Assembly: GCA_028534125.1 (NCBI GenBank)
Contig: CM052818.1
Location: 45,634,001-45,698,000, forward strand
Length of the DNA stretch: 64,000 nt
Reading direction: 5' to 3'
DNA from: Lama glama
Taxonomy: Eukaryota
In this document: positions 38,015 to 50,262 of the stretch, in pieces
Numbering within the stretch: position 1 is the stretch's first letter
How the letters are laid out: every line of letters begins with the position of its first letter
Translations under genes and position numbers: made by a program
Notes under the pieces: model-generated
The model's input: the letters and a program-made list of their open reading frames with translations, nothing else
What the model was told of the DNA's origin: nothing
Database searches by the model: none

Positions 38015-38735
38015 ATTTTGTTTTTATCGTGGTAAAATAGAGCTAACATAAAACTGACCATTTGAATCATTTTGAAGTGCATATTTCAATGGCATTAAGC
38101 ACATTCACACTGTTGTACCATCAGCGTCATCTAATTCCAGAACCTTATTGTCCCAAATGGAAGCTGTGCATTAAACAACAACGGCCCATCCGCCCCCTCA
38201 CTCCAGCCCTTGGCAGTCAATCACCATCTATTCTTGTCTCTATGAACTTGACTGCTCCAGGTGCCTCACAGAAGTAGAATCATACAGTATTTGTCTTTTT
38301 GTGTCTGGTTTATTTTACTTACCATAGTGTCCTCAAGGTCTGTCCATGTTGTAGCATGCATCAGAATTTTCCTCCTTTTTATGGCTGAATAATATTCCAT
38401 GTCTAGGCCACATTATTTATCCATTCATCCACGATGGACACGGGGATTGTGTCTGCCCTTTGACTACTGTCAATGATGCTGCTATGAAATATCCATTCCA
38501 GTTTCTGCTTTCAATTCCTTGGGGTATGTACTCAGAAATGGAATTGCTGGACCTTGTGTTAACTCTGACTTTTTGAGGACCCACCATCCTGCTTTCCACA
38601 GCAGCTGCCCCAGGTTACATTCCCACCAGCACACGGGTTCCAGTTTCTCCAACTGGAGACTGGCCGACATTTATTATTTTACCTTTCTTGATGACAGCCA
38701 TTCTCGAGGGTATGAAGTGGTATTTCACTGTGTGT
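38015..38735 (-). mobile_element. LINE-1 3' fragment (L1MB-like)
   Basis: gtggtaaaata...taacataaaactgaccattt...agtagaatcatacagtatttgtctttttgtgtctgg...ttatggctgaataatattcc...ctcagaaatggaattgctgga. Confidence 0.9.
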
Positions 38736-38836
38736 TAAGGATCTGCTTACATGCCTGTCTCCTGCTGGATCAAAACCCAAAGGGCAAGACCCTTCTACAC
38801 CCCTCAGTGGCCTGCCATGGGCTTGGAAGTCTCTGG

Positions 38837-39307
38837 TGTCGACTGACAAAAAATGGCAACTTAGAAGTTGAGAGTTACTTTTTATTCAGAGGACTCTCTG
38901 AGGACTTTAAGCCTGGGAGACAGCCTCTCAAACCTCTCTAAGGGACCGCTCCGAAGAGATAGGGGAGGAGCCAGGCATATAGCAGTGCTTGCTACAAAGA
39001 CCATGTGGTCGGGACATAAGATTACTGTTAATGAAAGAAAACCAGACATCTCAAGTTAAAGAAGTTGAGTGCTCTTCTATGCATAGGAAGATGCAGAAGT
39101 CTGGGCTCTTGAGATCATTCCTGTGATGCGTACCTTGGCATCCAGGGCCGCTACCCTGTTCTCTCCCATCCTGAGTCCCCTCAGGGGGCCCGCTGGGGGT
39201 GGCTGCAGAGACCGAGGGCTTGAGAGGGGGTGCTGCTGCAGTGTGATGGCTTGCTGGCTGCAACATCCTTTGTTTACTGGTGTGGCAGGCAGTATTTTTC
39301 ATTCGCT
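38837..39307 (-). mobile_element. MER41-like (cetartiodactyl, MER41_BT/SS type) ERV1 solo LTR
   Basis: Minus strand begins ...ctgcctgccacaccagtaaacaaaggatgttgcagccagcaagccatca..., with ccctgaggggactcaggatggg and a polyA signal (tttatt ~38881). Flanks CTGG/GTGG. Family name is from recall. Confidence 0.75.
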
Positions 39308-39884
39308 GTGGCAGTGAGGGTCAGCCCATGCTAAGTTCAACTCTGCCGCCACCGCCTCATCCCCACCAGCCCCAGCCTCAGACTCCAGACCCTGGCTTCC
39401 TTCCCCAGCGTTTCTGGAGGAGTAGCCTGGCATTCTCCTGCCTCGTACAAGCCACAATTTGCTCTTCAAATTGCCACAGTGTTTGCCCACAGCCGACTCT
39501 CCTTCGCACTCTGCTCATCTGCGAAACCAGTAATTATCCCAAGCCGGGCCGCCTCACCCTGCTGCTAGCAATGGCTTAATAAGAAAATCAGCACAAATGG
39601 CTCAGAGGCCTAATCACCCTCCAGTGAAGCCCGTGCCTGACACTGCCTGGCCTCAGCCAGGGGGGCAGTGGGAGGCCGGGCTGAGACTCACCAAGGAGGG
39701 GGCTGGCTCCTTCAGGGGAGGTGGGGGCACCGGGGTTCCCTCTGAAGGAAAATGAAGCTCATCCTGGGGCGCCATGTCGGTGCAATGGCCAGAGGCAAGG
39801 CTCCCTAAAGGCTGTCACCCAGAGGGTGTGGGCCGCTCGGCTAGTGGGAGGCTGCAGGGAGTGTGGCCAGAGTTCCAGCCAGAC

Positions 39885-40600
39885 GGACTGAGTCCTATCC
39901 CTGCCCCTTCCTAGCTGTGTGACCTTGCATGCGTCACTTGACCTCTCAGATCTTCAGCTTCCTCACCTGAGAAATAGAGACAATAAGAGTGCCTCTGCTG
40001 CAGGATAATGGGGCACGAGAGGATGGCCACGTCCCGGGTCCCAGGTGAGTCCCTGGGATGAGCCCCATCCAGTGAGCGTCCTTGGCTGCATGCAGGAAAG
40101 AGTTCAAGAGTCAGTCGTAATAGAGTGAAGGTAGCCTTATTCAGAGAAATGCACGCTCCACAGACCAGAGTGTGGGTGTTGCACTCAGAAGGGAGAGTGG
40201 CCAGGGGTTGTTAACTTTTATGGGCCTGGTTATTTCCTATGCTAACAAGTGGGAGGACTATTCCAACTACTTCGGGAAAGGCGCGGGGATTCCCAGGAAT
40301 AGGGGCCCCACCTACTTTTTGGCCTCTTGCGGTCAGCCTGGGAACTGTCATTGCCCCTGTGGGTGTGCCATTTACCATGCTACTGTACTACAGTGGGCGT
40401 ATAATGAAACTCAAGGTCTACTGGAGGGCAAATCTGCCATCTTGGACCTCAGGGTCCACTGGGAGTTGACTCTCCTGCCATCTTGGGCCTAGTCAGGTTT
40501 TAATCAGTTTTTGTCCTGTCTTCATTTGCTGCATCATTCCTTTGATGGTTGTGCCCTGCCCCCTCTCTCCTGTCTCACCTCTCTCCTAGGGCCTTGTAAG
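39885..40600 (+). mobile_element. MIR SINE interrupted by LTR copy C
   Basis: ctagctgtgtgaccttg...cacttgacctctcagatcttcagcttcctcacctgagaaatagagacaataagagtgcctc, continuing after the LTR as tctcctagggccttgtaagg. Confidence 0.75.
39996..40577 (-). mobile_element. ERV1-class solo LTR, copy C
   Basis: TG...CA termini with a perfect 4-bp TSD CCTC (39992-39995 and 40578-40581). Confidence 0.92.
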
Positions 40601-40659
40601 GTCTCTTCAGAGAGACAGTCCTCAAAAAGCTTCTACTGAGGCCTGACATGTGCCTCAGA

Positions 40660-40830
40660 TGGATGTGGGTTTGAACCCCAGTTCTGACACTCACTACCTC
40701 TGGAATGCTGGGTCCTGAACTTATCTGCACTTCAATTTCCTCCTCTGGAAACAGGAACACAGCACCCATTTCACTGCATTTTTGCAAGGCTTATATGAGA
40801 TGATGTATATGAAGCCCCAGGCAAATGGTA
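40660..40830 (+). mobile_element. MIR SINE
   Basis: gggtttgaaccccagttctgacactcactacct...ttcaatttcctcctctggaaacagg...atgagatgatgtatatgaagc. Confidence 0.65.
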
Positions 40831-43800
40831 ACCATGAAGCGCTCCTGCGGGATCATGAACAGTGGGTCCTTTTGGGAGATGCCCCAGCCTCCAATACACT
40901 TTCAGAAAAGGGGTCGGTGCTTAGCAAGGCTCAGTCCTAAACAGGAGCATCCAGGGTGATGTCCAGGTGGGTGTCCAAGGCTGTGCCCAATGCTCCCACT
41001 CCCCTGCATGACATCTTGCAAGTTGCTACAAGGCCAAGGTCCTGGGAGAAGCGTTGCTGGAGGAGGGCTTGCCTGGGGCGAGCAGGCAGGGCCAGGGTCC
41101 TGCACAGAGGGGCCAGCGCAGCAGGGGCACCCAGCTCCTGGCTAGACAGAGCCACCCTTGCCATCAGGATGGCCTTCTCCTGCCCTACTGGTTTCTGTCC
41201 CTTTGCTCTGGCCGGGGGTGGAAGGCCTTGCGGGCCAGGCACTCCCAGAAGTGGAAGCCTGCTCTAGAAGGGTCACGCTGACATAGATGCCTGCCTTCAG
41301 GCTCAGAAGACACGGGGCTGACTTGTTAGACTCTGAGACACAGGGCATGTCAAAGTGAATAAGATACGGTCCCTGCTTGTGAGCTCCCAGTCTTACAGGG
41401 GAGGCAGACCCAGACTGATGGTGACAGTACAAGATAATTCAGGGTCTGATGGGACATGGGGAACAGAAGGAATGGAGGGCCTGGCCCCAGTCCAGAGCTC
41501 CCAGGGGCTTCCTGAGGGAGGACTTGGAAGGAAGTAAAAGCAGAGCAGACAGTTACCAAATTAAAAGAGGGCAAGATGGTGAGGGCATTTCACGGGCTGC
41601 CCAGACATCTGATGACCATTCCTCAAGCCCAGTCAGTGTCCAGCCGAGGCTCAGAGAGGCCTGGAGACTGCTGACTTTCACCCTGCGTCCTGGACACGCT
41701 AGGTCGCCAGACGGAGGCTGCAGAAGTGTAAGGAGTCTGCAACCCCCGAGGAAGCTGTCCCAGAACAGCGGGGATGGAGGTTGAGGGGACTGGCATTGAG
41801 TTGTGTGAAGATCATTCCTCACGGCTCTGGGCCCCAGGGTGGAACTGGGTGGGCACAGGCCACATGTGTGGCTGCAGCTGGGCTCTGTTCTCTGGCACGT
41901 TCATCTCCCGGAGTCACGGGGCTCAAAGCAGAGCATGTTTATTTACTCTTGGTCCTGGCTGCCATGGAGACTCGAGCAGAGGGATGCTCTGTTTTCCTGC
42001 AGAATCGTGTTGTCATTTGGCTGTTTGTCTGCTCGCAGACCTGGGAGATTCCACTATTTCCCTTTCATCTGCGTTTCCACTCCTCACAGGGCTCCCGGTG
42101 AGCAGTGCCACCTGCCAGCGCAACCCCACACCCAGGGGTCCAACTTCAAAGACGGATGAGCAGGAGAGGAAGGAAGGCCCCTCTCTGGGAGGCAGGGGCT
42201 CAAAAAACCGCCGTGATTCATCACACCCGAACACGAGCTGTCATGAATAATGGAACACATTCGGACACGGTGATTCAGTGTGTCAAAATATAGAAAGGCC
42301 ATTTAGTATTGGTGACAAAATTAGATGAAAGGCTTCACTTCTTCGAATGAAGCAGATAGAATGAGAGACAGCACAGAGCCACACTCGAAACGCACTAAAT
42401 GAAACCGTGAATTTCCCTAGCAGCCCAGCAGGGTGACCATCCCAGTCTGCTCTGCAGTGACACAGGGCTGCAGACAGGTGTGTGACCAGGAAATCTCCCG
42501 ATCGAAAGACACGTCAGGGAAACAACTATTTCTCCGGGAACTAAAGAGTTAAGGGCCGCAGTGTTTCAGAGTGGAGATAACACACTCTTTTCCTTGCAGG
42601 CATTTAAATAATTTAAGTGTTTTCTATAAAAGCATTTTCAAATTGCATTCTAGAGAAAGTAAACTGATTGATGGAAAGTCACCAAAAACAAAAACAAAGC
42701 CCCAAACTCGCCACAACAGACCTGTGTCTCATTTGCATGTTTCAAGCCCTACCCTGAGGCGCCTCTGTCATGCTGGCCTCCTGGTTGCTTTAAGCACAGT
42801 TTAAGCAATAAGAGTTCTACCCCCGCCCCCAGGTCCTCTGAGCAAAGGAGCCTCAAAGCAGCCGTGGGCCTGGATGCTTTCCAAGCCACAGCCTTCCCCG
42901 TTCCCCCGGGGCAGTGTCTGTGTGGGAACTGTCAGAGGCAGTCCGGAAATGAGTCCTGAAATGAGGGGCTCATCCCATTCCGTTTGCTGTGAAATTTGCA
43001 TCGGGGAAGAAGTGCGGGTATTTATCGTGGAACAGCTTTCTTCACTTTCTGTTGGAATTCACCCCAGGATTTCTCTGAACTAACTCAGTGAGACGTAACA
43101 CTCACACATGTGAACGCGCCCCACCCCGTCCCCAACCTCTTTGGATAAATGTCCCTAAGATACACCACGCAGCACACCTCTCTCCTCGACATTTATAGGG
43201 CATATGAACATTCTAAAGGCCCTGAGAAGTCCTGCCGTAAGGAACCCGGCTTAGCTTTGTAGGAACAAAGTTCTGGTATTTCATGAACTTAATTAACTGA
43301 GGAAATTTTTTAAAATTATTAAGATTTATGAATATATGGAGGCACAGGTCACAGAGCACATTTGGAAGTGTTTCTGTAGAGATTAGAAACATTGTGTATC
43401 TTTGCATTGGTTGGTTTTTTCCCCACAGAGAACTTTCCCAGTAACAGTGGAGCAAGGCAGCGGTCTTACAAACTTCTTCTGACAGATGAGGAAACCAAAG
43501 CTCAAAGAAAATAAGTATACTGCCCCAGATTGCTCAGAGATCGATGAGTTCTTAGAGAATTATCAGAGGTTTCAATTACATGCAACATTTATTGTTCAGC
43601 ATGAAACTGTTCCCTGGCCCAGCTGACTGAGTGTCCTGTCCAGCCGGTCTGTTTTCTCTGTCTTCTCTCCTCCCTTTTCCCGTACTGTTCCCTGTCTTCC
43701 AGCCGTGTGGTGTCTCTGGGGAATCGTTATCCCAGGCTCTGAAAGGGCCCTGGCCTGTTGCCGCACAGCGAGGGGCTCTCTTTCCACTTGGGTCCCAAGC

Positions 43801-44564
43801 GGAATGTGCATCTTCTTGCTAAGAGGAACTACTTCTTCCTGGGCCCTGCAGCAAAGAGGCCACATGGGAACCAGCCCTGCCCTGGGGACTCTGGGTTGAA
43901 CCCCACACATGAGCAAAGACTAACAACTATCTGTGATAAGTGACGAGGACCTGAAGCTCAAGGCCACGTGTCCTGGTGAGAGGCAGAGGGCCGTGGAGAC
44001 CCCGCAGCGGCCTGCGCTGGACCAGACACCGCCTTCTGCCACAACGGCCGAGGGTGTTCACCAGCCTCCCAAGCAGGAAGAGCCAGGATGGCCTGGCCAG
44101 CACGCCTGCATTTGGATGCACAGCCCCTCCCGGACAGGGCCAACTCCCAGCCAGAGCTCTTCCAGGGAGGTGCTGTCTCCCTGTTCTACGCGCTCCTTTG
44201 AGGGGCCGCACTCTAGGAAACAAAATTAGTGCTGTATTGTTCCCAGGCCAGCAATCCCAGGTCACCAGCCTGGTGGCCCTCCCGACTGCCCCTGGACCCA
44301 GGCAGCCAGGGACGCTTCCACTATGGGCCTCCTCCAGCCATGCAGGGCTGAGGGGACTACTTCCTCAGAGACTGTGCCCCCTACCCCCTTCCAGACCAAC
44401 CCCTGGGCACCCAGGGCATGGGGATTCCCTGCCCAGACGGGAAGGGTGGGGACAGAGCTTGGATGTGCTGGCTGGGGGTCCACGTGTGTGTGTGCAAGGC
44501 TCCTGGTGTGGGGTGGACCTGGGTGATTTTCAGTTACTTCAATTCTGTCACTCAGGCAACCACT

Positions 44565-45983
44565 TGATGTTTTATTTTGTGTATAAAATTTAGAAGAGTT
44601 TAACAGAGCATAAACTGCAAGGTGTAATTTCTTTGTTTGTAAAGAACAAAATTTCGTTCAGCTCAGTGAATCTTCACAGAGTGAGTACCCTTTAGAACCA
44701 TCCACCAGATCAAGAAATAAAACCTTGCCAGAACTCTCCTTGTGCCCCTTTCTGAGGGTAAACGCTAGCCTTGTTTCTAACGTGACAGATCAGCATTGCC
44801 CGTTTTTGAACTTGACTGGAATCATCCACATTGTTGCATGTAGTTGTAGCTCCCTGGTACTCACTGCCGTGGGGTAATTCCGTTACACAAATATACCGCA
44901 ACTGACTTACCGGTTCCGGTGAACATCCGGATTACTTCCCATCCTGCTGCTGCCGTGAACATTAAGCACCCATGTTCCGGTGACCTTAGGTGCTCGTAGT
45001 AGTTGAATGTACACCCAGGCGTAGTCTTGCTGCATCGTAGAGGGTGTTTATATCCAGATGGACTTAATGCTGCCAGAAACTCCCGCCAGCAGTGTAGGAG
45101 AGTCAAGATTACTCCACATCCTTTCTGCACTTGGAAGTGTTGACTTTTTAACTGCAGCCAGTCTCTTGGGCGGGTAGCAGTTCCTCACTGCGGCTTTAAT
45201 GTATATTTCCCAGTGACTAACAGAGCTGAGTGTTCTCACAGGTTCATGACCTACGTGGCTATGCTCTTTTGTAAAGTATTTGAATTTTTCTATTGAGTTG
45301 TCAGCCTTACTGATTTGAAAGTGTTCTTCACATCTTCTGATGTCACATCTTAGGTCAAATGTGCATGTGTCAGAAGTCTCCCATTCCCTGGTTTGCCTTC
45401 TCACCATGGTGTCCTCCATTGAACAGACTTTCTTAATTTTGACGAAGTTCATTTTATCACTGTTTCTTTATGGTTCGTGCTTTTTGTGTCTTGTTTAAGA
45501 TATTTGCCTACTCCAGAGACATGGAGATAATCTCCTATGTTTCTTTCTAGAAACTTTTTGGTTTGCTTTGAAAATGTGTATCTACGATCCATCTGGAATT
45601 GGCATTCGTGTGTGGCCTGAAGTAGAGATCAAAACTCAGTTGTTTTTTGGGAAAAAAAAAAACAAAACTCACTTGTTTCCGTGTGGCTATCCAATTACCC
45701 CAACACCTTCTACTGAGAAGATCATCCTTGCTCCTGCTGCACTAGGCCTTCACCTTTGCTAAAAACTCAGGTGACGCCACGTGTGCAAGTCTGTGTCTGG
45801 ATTCTCTGTTCTGTCTCATCGATCCATTTGTCTATTCTTGGTAATTACCACGTTGTCTCAATGCTGTGGCCTCATGACACATCTTATATCATCTGATGAT
45901 ATAAATCCTCTAGTTTCATTTCTCCTCTAGAAGATTGTCTAATTTTTCTTGGCCCGTTGCATTTCCGTGAAAATTTTAGAATC
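44565..45983 (-). mobile_element. Old LINE-1 (L1ME/L1MC-like) 3' region
   Basis: attgaacagactttcttaattttgacgaagt...ctcctatgtttctttctagaa...gtctgtgtctggattctctgttctgtctcat...gcatttccgtgaaaattttagaatc. Confidence 0.85.
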
Positions 45984-45985
45984 TA

Positions 45986-46009
45986 CACACACACACACAC
46001 ACACACACA
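45986..46009. repeat. (CA)n microsatellite
   Basis: About 12 AC units. Confidence 0.95.
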
Positions 46010-46087
46010 ACTTGCTCAGGGCTGCATCCTAGATCTATTCATGTGGCTTTGTGAATGTCGTGCCTGTGACTTCTAACTGCTGCAAGG

Positions 46088-46960
46088 TGTACGTATCAAT
46101 CACTGGCCAGTCAGGAAACAGAAACCTCACTAAATATTTCAAGCAAAGAGGAATTTAATTCAAGGAGCTCAGGACAAAGGTGTGGGAAGGAGTAATGGAG
46201 AGAAGGGGAGGGAGTGTAAACTAGAGACCAGGTTGTCACTACCACTGTGAGGCTGGAGGCGCAGAGCGGGAAGGGCCAGCCCGGGGGGCTGGGGCCACAG
46301 CCGAGCTCACCCAGCTGCCGCTGGACCCAGGCCGCTGCTGCCCCAGGGCCGCCAGCGGGAGCCCATGGGTTTATAGTTTTGCCTATGGTTGTGGCTGCAT
46401 GTTTCCCTGCAAAATTTGTTGAAATCCTAAGCTCCAGTCCCTGAGAATGTGCCCTTATTCAGAAACAGTGTCATTACAGATGTGGTTAGTTAAGGTGAAA
46501 TCACACTGGTGGGCCCTACTCCAAGACTGTGTCCTTATTAAAAGGAGAAATTTGGACACAGATATATACTCTGGGAGAGAACCAGGTGAAGATGAAGGCT
46601 GAGATTGGGGTGATGCTTTTATAAACCAAAGACCATCAAAGATGCCAGCGGACCACCAGGTGCCAGGGGAGAGCCCTTCCTTCATGATCACAGGGGGTGC
46701 CAGCCCTGCCTGGACTTCTGGCCTCCAGACCTGGAGCCTGTGAGGTCTGGTGTGTGAATTACCCCATCTGCGGTACTGTCACAGAAGCCCCAGCTAACGA
46801 TCACACCCACCTTCTAATCTGGTGCCACGGCCTCCTATTGGCTAATTCTAGTTGGAACCCGGCTGGCAAGGGAGCCTGGGACATGTGGTTGACAGGCTTC
46901 CAGCCCCGCAGCCCAGAAAAGGAAGATGTCCAAGGACAGGAGACAAACCGCCAACCCCGT
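46088..46960 (-). mobile_element. LTR33-like ERVL LTR, split by MLT1B
   Basis: ccagtcaggaaacagaaacctcactaaatatttcaagcaaagaggaatttaat at the left. cctcctattggctaa...ggctggcaagggagcctggg follows 46805. Confidence 0.65.
46380..46805 (+). mobile_element. MLT1B-like solo LTR
   Basis: tgttgaaatcctaa...gaatgtgcccttattcagaaacagtgtcattacagatgtggttagttaaggtga...tgtccttattaaaaggagaaatttggacacaga...ggacttctggcctccaga. Confidence 0.85.
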
Positions 46961-47129
46961 GTGCGTCCGCCAGGTGTCGCCTATGCGTCTACCCTGTGAT
47001 GGACACCAGGTGGCCACCAGCAGCACTCTGATGGACACCCTGCCACATGGGGATCCCTCGAAGGAGTTGGGGATTTATGTCAGGGTGCAGAATTTCTGTA
47101 ATGCTGCCTCTGTAAAGTGGCATGCAAGC

Positions 47130-47531
47130 CACTCCTGACATGGTCCCTGCTTCTGCCTGGCCTCATCTGCTCCTACTCTCAGCTTCAGCCACTCTCAATC
47201 CCTCCCGCTCCTTTCCTGTCTCAGGGCCTTTGCACTTGCTGTGTCTTCTGCCCCCAGCCTGTTTCCCCCACATTTTCAACTAAAGGTCCCACCTCACCAT
47301 GCATCTAAGACACTCATCCCCGCCTCCCTCCCTGCTCACTCTCTCCCACCCCTGCTCCACTTTCTTTATCCCACTTACCAATATCCAAAAGGACAGTAGA
47401 TTTACTTACCGACTCCAGGACCAAGCATGGCAGCATCTTGTCTGAATGGTTGGCTGCTTTGTCCCCAGAGCCCAGAATGGGGCCTGGAACATACAGCAGG
47501 TGCTCAATAAATATTCATTGAATGAGTAAAT
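47130..47531 (+). mobile_element. LINE-2 3' end
   Basis: ctcagggcctttgcacttgctgt...cagcaggtgctcaataaatattcattgaatgagtaaat. Confidence 0.8.
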
Positions 47532-47578
47532 ACTGTGACTTCCCATACCGTGAAACAGAGCAGGTTCGCCCAGGCCTG

Positions 47579-48098
47579 TGATACAGGAAAATGGAGTGTG
47601 AGACGATGGTCATGTCCCAGGTCTCAGGTGAGTCCCTGGGATGCATCCCGCCAAGTGAGTGTCCTTGGCTTCATGCAGGAAAGAATTCAAGAGTGAGCCA
47701 TGGTAGCGTGAAGGTACATTTATTCAGGGAGAGACACACTCTGTAGACAGAATGCAGGCCGTCTCAGAAGGCAAGAGAGAGCTACCATGAGGTGCGGGAT
47801 TGTTCATTTTTACGGGCTCAGTAACTTCTTATGCCAACAAGTGGCAGGATTATTCCAACCACTTTGGGGAAGGGGCTGGGATTCCCAGGAACTGGGCCAT
47901 CACCCAGTTTTTGACCTTTTATGGTTGGCCTTGGAAACTTCATGGCGCATGTGGGTGTGGCATTTACAAGTTAATGTATTATAATGAGCATATAATGAGG
48001 CTCAAGGTCTACTGGGAGTTGAATCTTCCACCATCTTGGTGCTAATTGCTGTGTCCTTCTTTTAGTGGTTGTGCCCTGCCCGCTTCCTTCGTGTCTCA
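47579..48098 (-). mobile_element. ERV1-class solo LTR, copy D
   Basis: TG...CA termini, flanks CCTG/CATG, and AATAAA on the minus strand (tttatt ~47719). Confidence 0.9.
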
Positions 48099-49311
48099 CA
48101 TGGACTGAAGAATAAAGCCGGCTCCAAGCAGGCCTGGCCTTGGGGACCACCAGGCTGCCCCAGAGCTTGCCAGCCTAATCTCTCGCTTCCTTGGGTCTCT
48201 CTCCCTGCGGCCCCTTCCCTTCCTCTCAGTGGGGGGGAAGGACAGGAGGAGCAAGACCAGAGTTGGGGAGACCAGGTCGGCAACCAGGCAGGAGAGGAGA
48301 CACGTCTGAGCGGGAGGATGCAGTGGGTGGGAGAGGAGGTCTCGGGTTGGAGAGGGGTTAGGGGTTCGAATGCACTGGATTTGGGCATCTGTTGGATGGG
48401 GCTGGGCGCACAAGCATCAGGGATGATGTTTGGGTTTCCGGCCTGTCATCAGGTGGCTAAATCCTGAGGTGGGGGCACAGCAGGAGGAGCAGTTGGCTGG
48501 GGGTGAGTTGAGTTTGAGGGGCTTGGGGGACACTGATGCAGAAACAGCCAATAGGCAGTTGGATATATGGCTCTGCAGCTCAGGGGAGATTAAAGTTGCA
48601 AGGAAATCCATGAAAACCCTTATAAAAATATTTTTGTTCACCAAAATTAAATATTAAAGCAGCTCATGAAACAGAGTGACTCAACAACCCTTTACGCTTC
48701 TTAAATTAACAAAGACAAGCACCATACAACTGTCTTGCGTTGCAGAATCCCTCTCCCCAGAAGGGTCTGTGAGAATCTTGTGAAAAGAATTAGGCTTGGT
48801 TGCAAGTAGCATGTGTTCTGGGTCTGTTCGTCTACCCAAATGTTGAACGCCTTAATGATTTTATGACTCAGACTTGTTTATCCCTGCCTCCTGGGTCTCA
48901 CCGCAGTCCCAGCACCACTGAGAATGTACATTTTCCAAATGGGAAAGGCCTCTGCTGATCTTTATTTAACCCATCTGGCAGCGCTGAGCGGTTCCTTTCC
49001 CAGTCCTGCGGGGGCCGGGTGGTCTCAGCTCTGCTTGGATACCCTCAAAACCAAAACACCTGCCATCCACCCACTCCCTCTCCCCGTGACTTCCTTTATC
49101 TCCCCCAAGCTTCACTGCAGAAAGCCACGACTCCAGCTCTGCTAAGTTCTTCTCCCTTCCCTTTCCCAATTCCTAATTCATTCTTTTTCCAATTATTTCC
49201 GACAGCACTGACTCACAGTTCACTTCTACAAAAGTACCAAGATTCTCACAGACGTGAAAAAGAAGTGAGCCTCCATATTCTAGAATTTTACATGAGAGGG
49301 TTTCCAGGGTG

Positions 49312-50262
49312 GAATTCATAAATTCAGCAATTATTTGGTGAATGTTTGCCATGTGTCCACTGTTGGAGATACACTGATGGGCAAGAAAGCGGGAAGCTTT
49401 TACCTACAGCAACTTAAGGTCCAGTGGGGGAGCCAGACGTAATTAATCACATGAATAAGTATGAAGTTGTTCCTGTGACAGGTGTCATAGATGAAGGTCC
49501 TGTGGTACTATGAGTGCACTCAATAGTGGAGAATGGACCTCATCAGGGAGATCAAAGCAGACTCCCTAGGGGAAGTGCCAACTGAACAGAGATCTGAAGG
49601 ATAAGTGTCATTAACTAGGCAAAAAAGGAAGGGAAGGGCCCTTTTTGTAGTGGAAACACTTGGACAACAATCTATGTATGCAAAACATGGAGGATGTCAT
49701 TCTAAGCGAAGTAAGCCAGAAAGAGAAAGAAAAATGCCGTATGATATCACTTATATGTGGAATCTTAAAAAAAAAAAAGAGCTTATTTACAAAACAGAAA
49801 CAGACTCACAGATATTGAAAACAAACTTGCGGTTGCCAGTGGGGGAAGGGGATGGGAAGGGATAAATTGGGAGTTCAAGATTTGCAGATACTAACTACTA
49901 TATATAAAATAGATAAACAACAAGTTTCTACTGTAGAGCACAGGGAACTATATTCAATATCTTGTAGTAACTTATGGTAAAGAAGAATATGGAAACAAAT
50001 ATATGTATGTTCATGTATCACTGAAGCATTGTGCTGTACACCGGAAATTGACACAACCTTGTAAATTGACTACACTTCAATAAAGAAAAAAATACCAAAA
50101 AAAAAAAAAGCCCAGTCTATGTAGGCAAAACAGATGGCACACATGAGGGACCACTAAGAGAGTCCAGTGGGGCTGGAGGTGGAGGCAGGGGGAAGGCAGA
50201 GGTGAGTCTGAGAAGCAGCAGGCACTGGACCATACAGAGCATCTCTCACCTGTTAAAGAACT
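49312..50262 (-). mobile_element. LINE-2 fragment split by an L1 insertion
   Basis: attcataaattcagcaattatttggtgaatgtttgccatgtg (L2 tail, reversed) and gagatctgaaggataagt. Continues after 50113 with gagtccagtggggctggag. Confidence 0.7.
49688..50109 (+). mobile_element. Lineage-type LINE-1 3' end with poly(A), 5'-truncated
   Basis: attctaagcgaagtaagccagaaagagaaagaaaaat...atatcacttatatgtggaatct...gactacacttcaataaa plus poly(A). TSD of ~20 bp at 49668-49687 and 50113-50132 (2 mismatches). Confidence 0.92.

Noticed and set aside
39996..48098. LTR copies C and D are in the same orientation ~7 kb apart, like the two LTRs of a provirus
   Set aside because: Each has its own TSD and they differ structurally. 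The interval holds old MIR, L1, L2, MLT1 and unique DNA, with no PBS, gag, pol or env.
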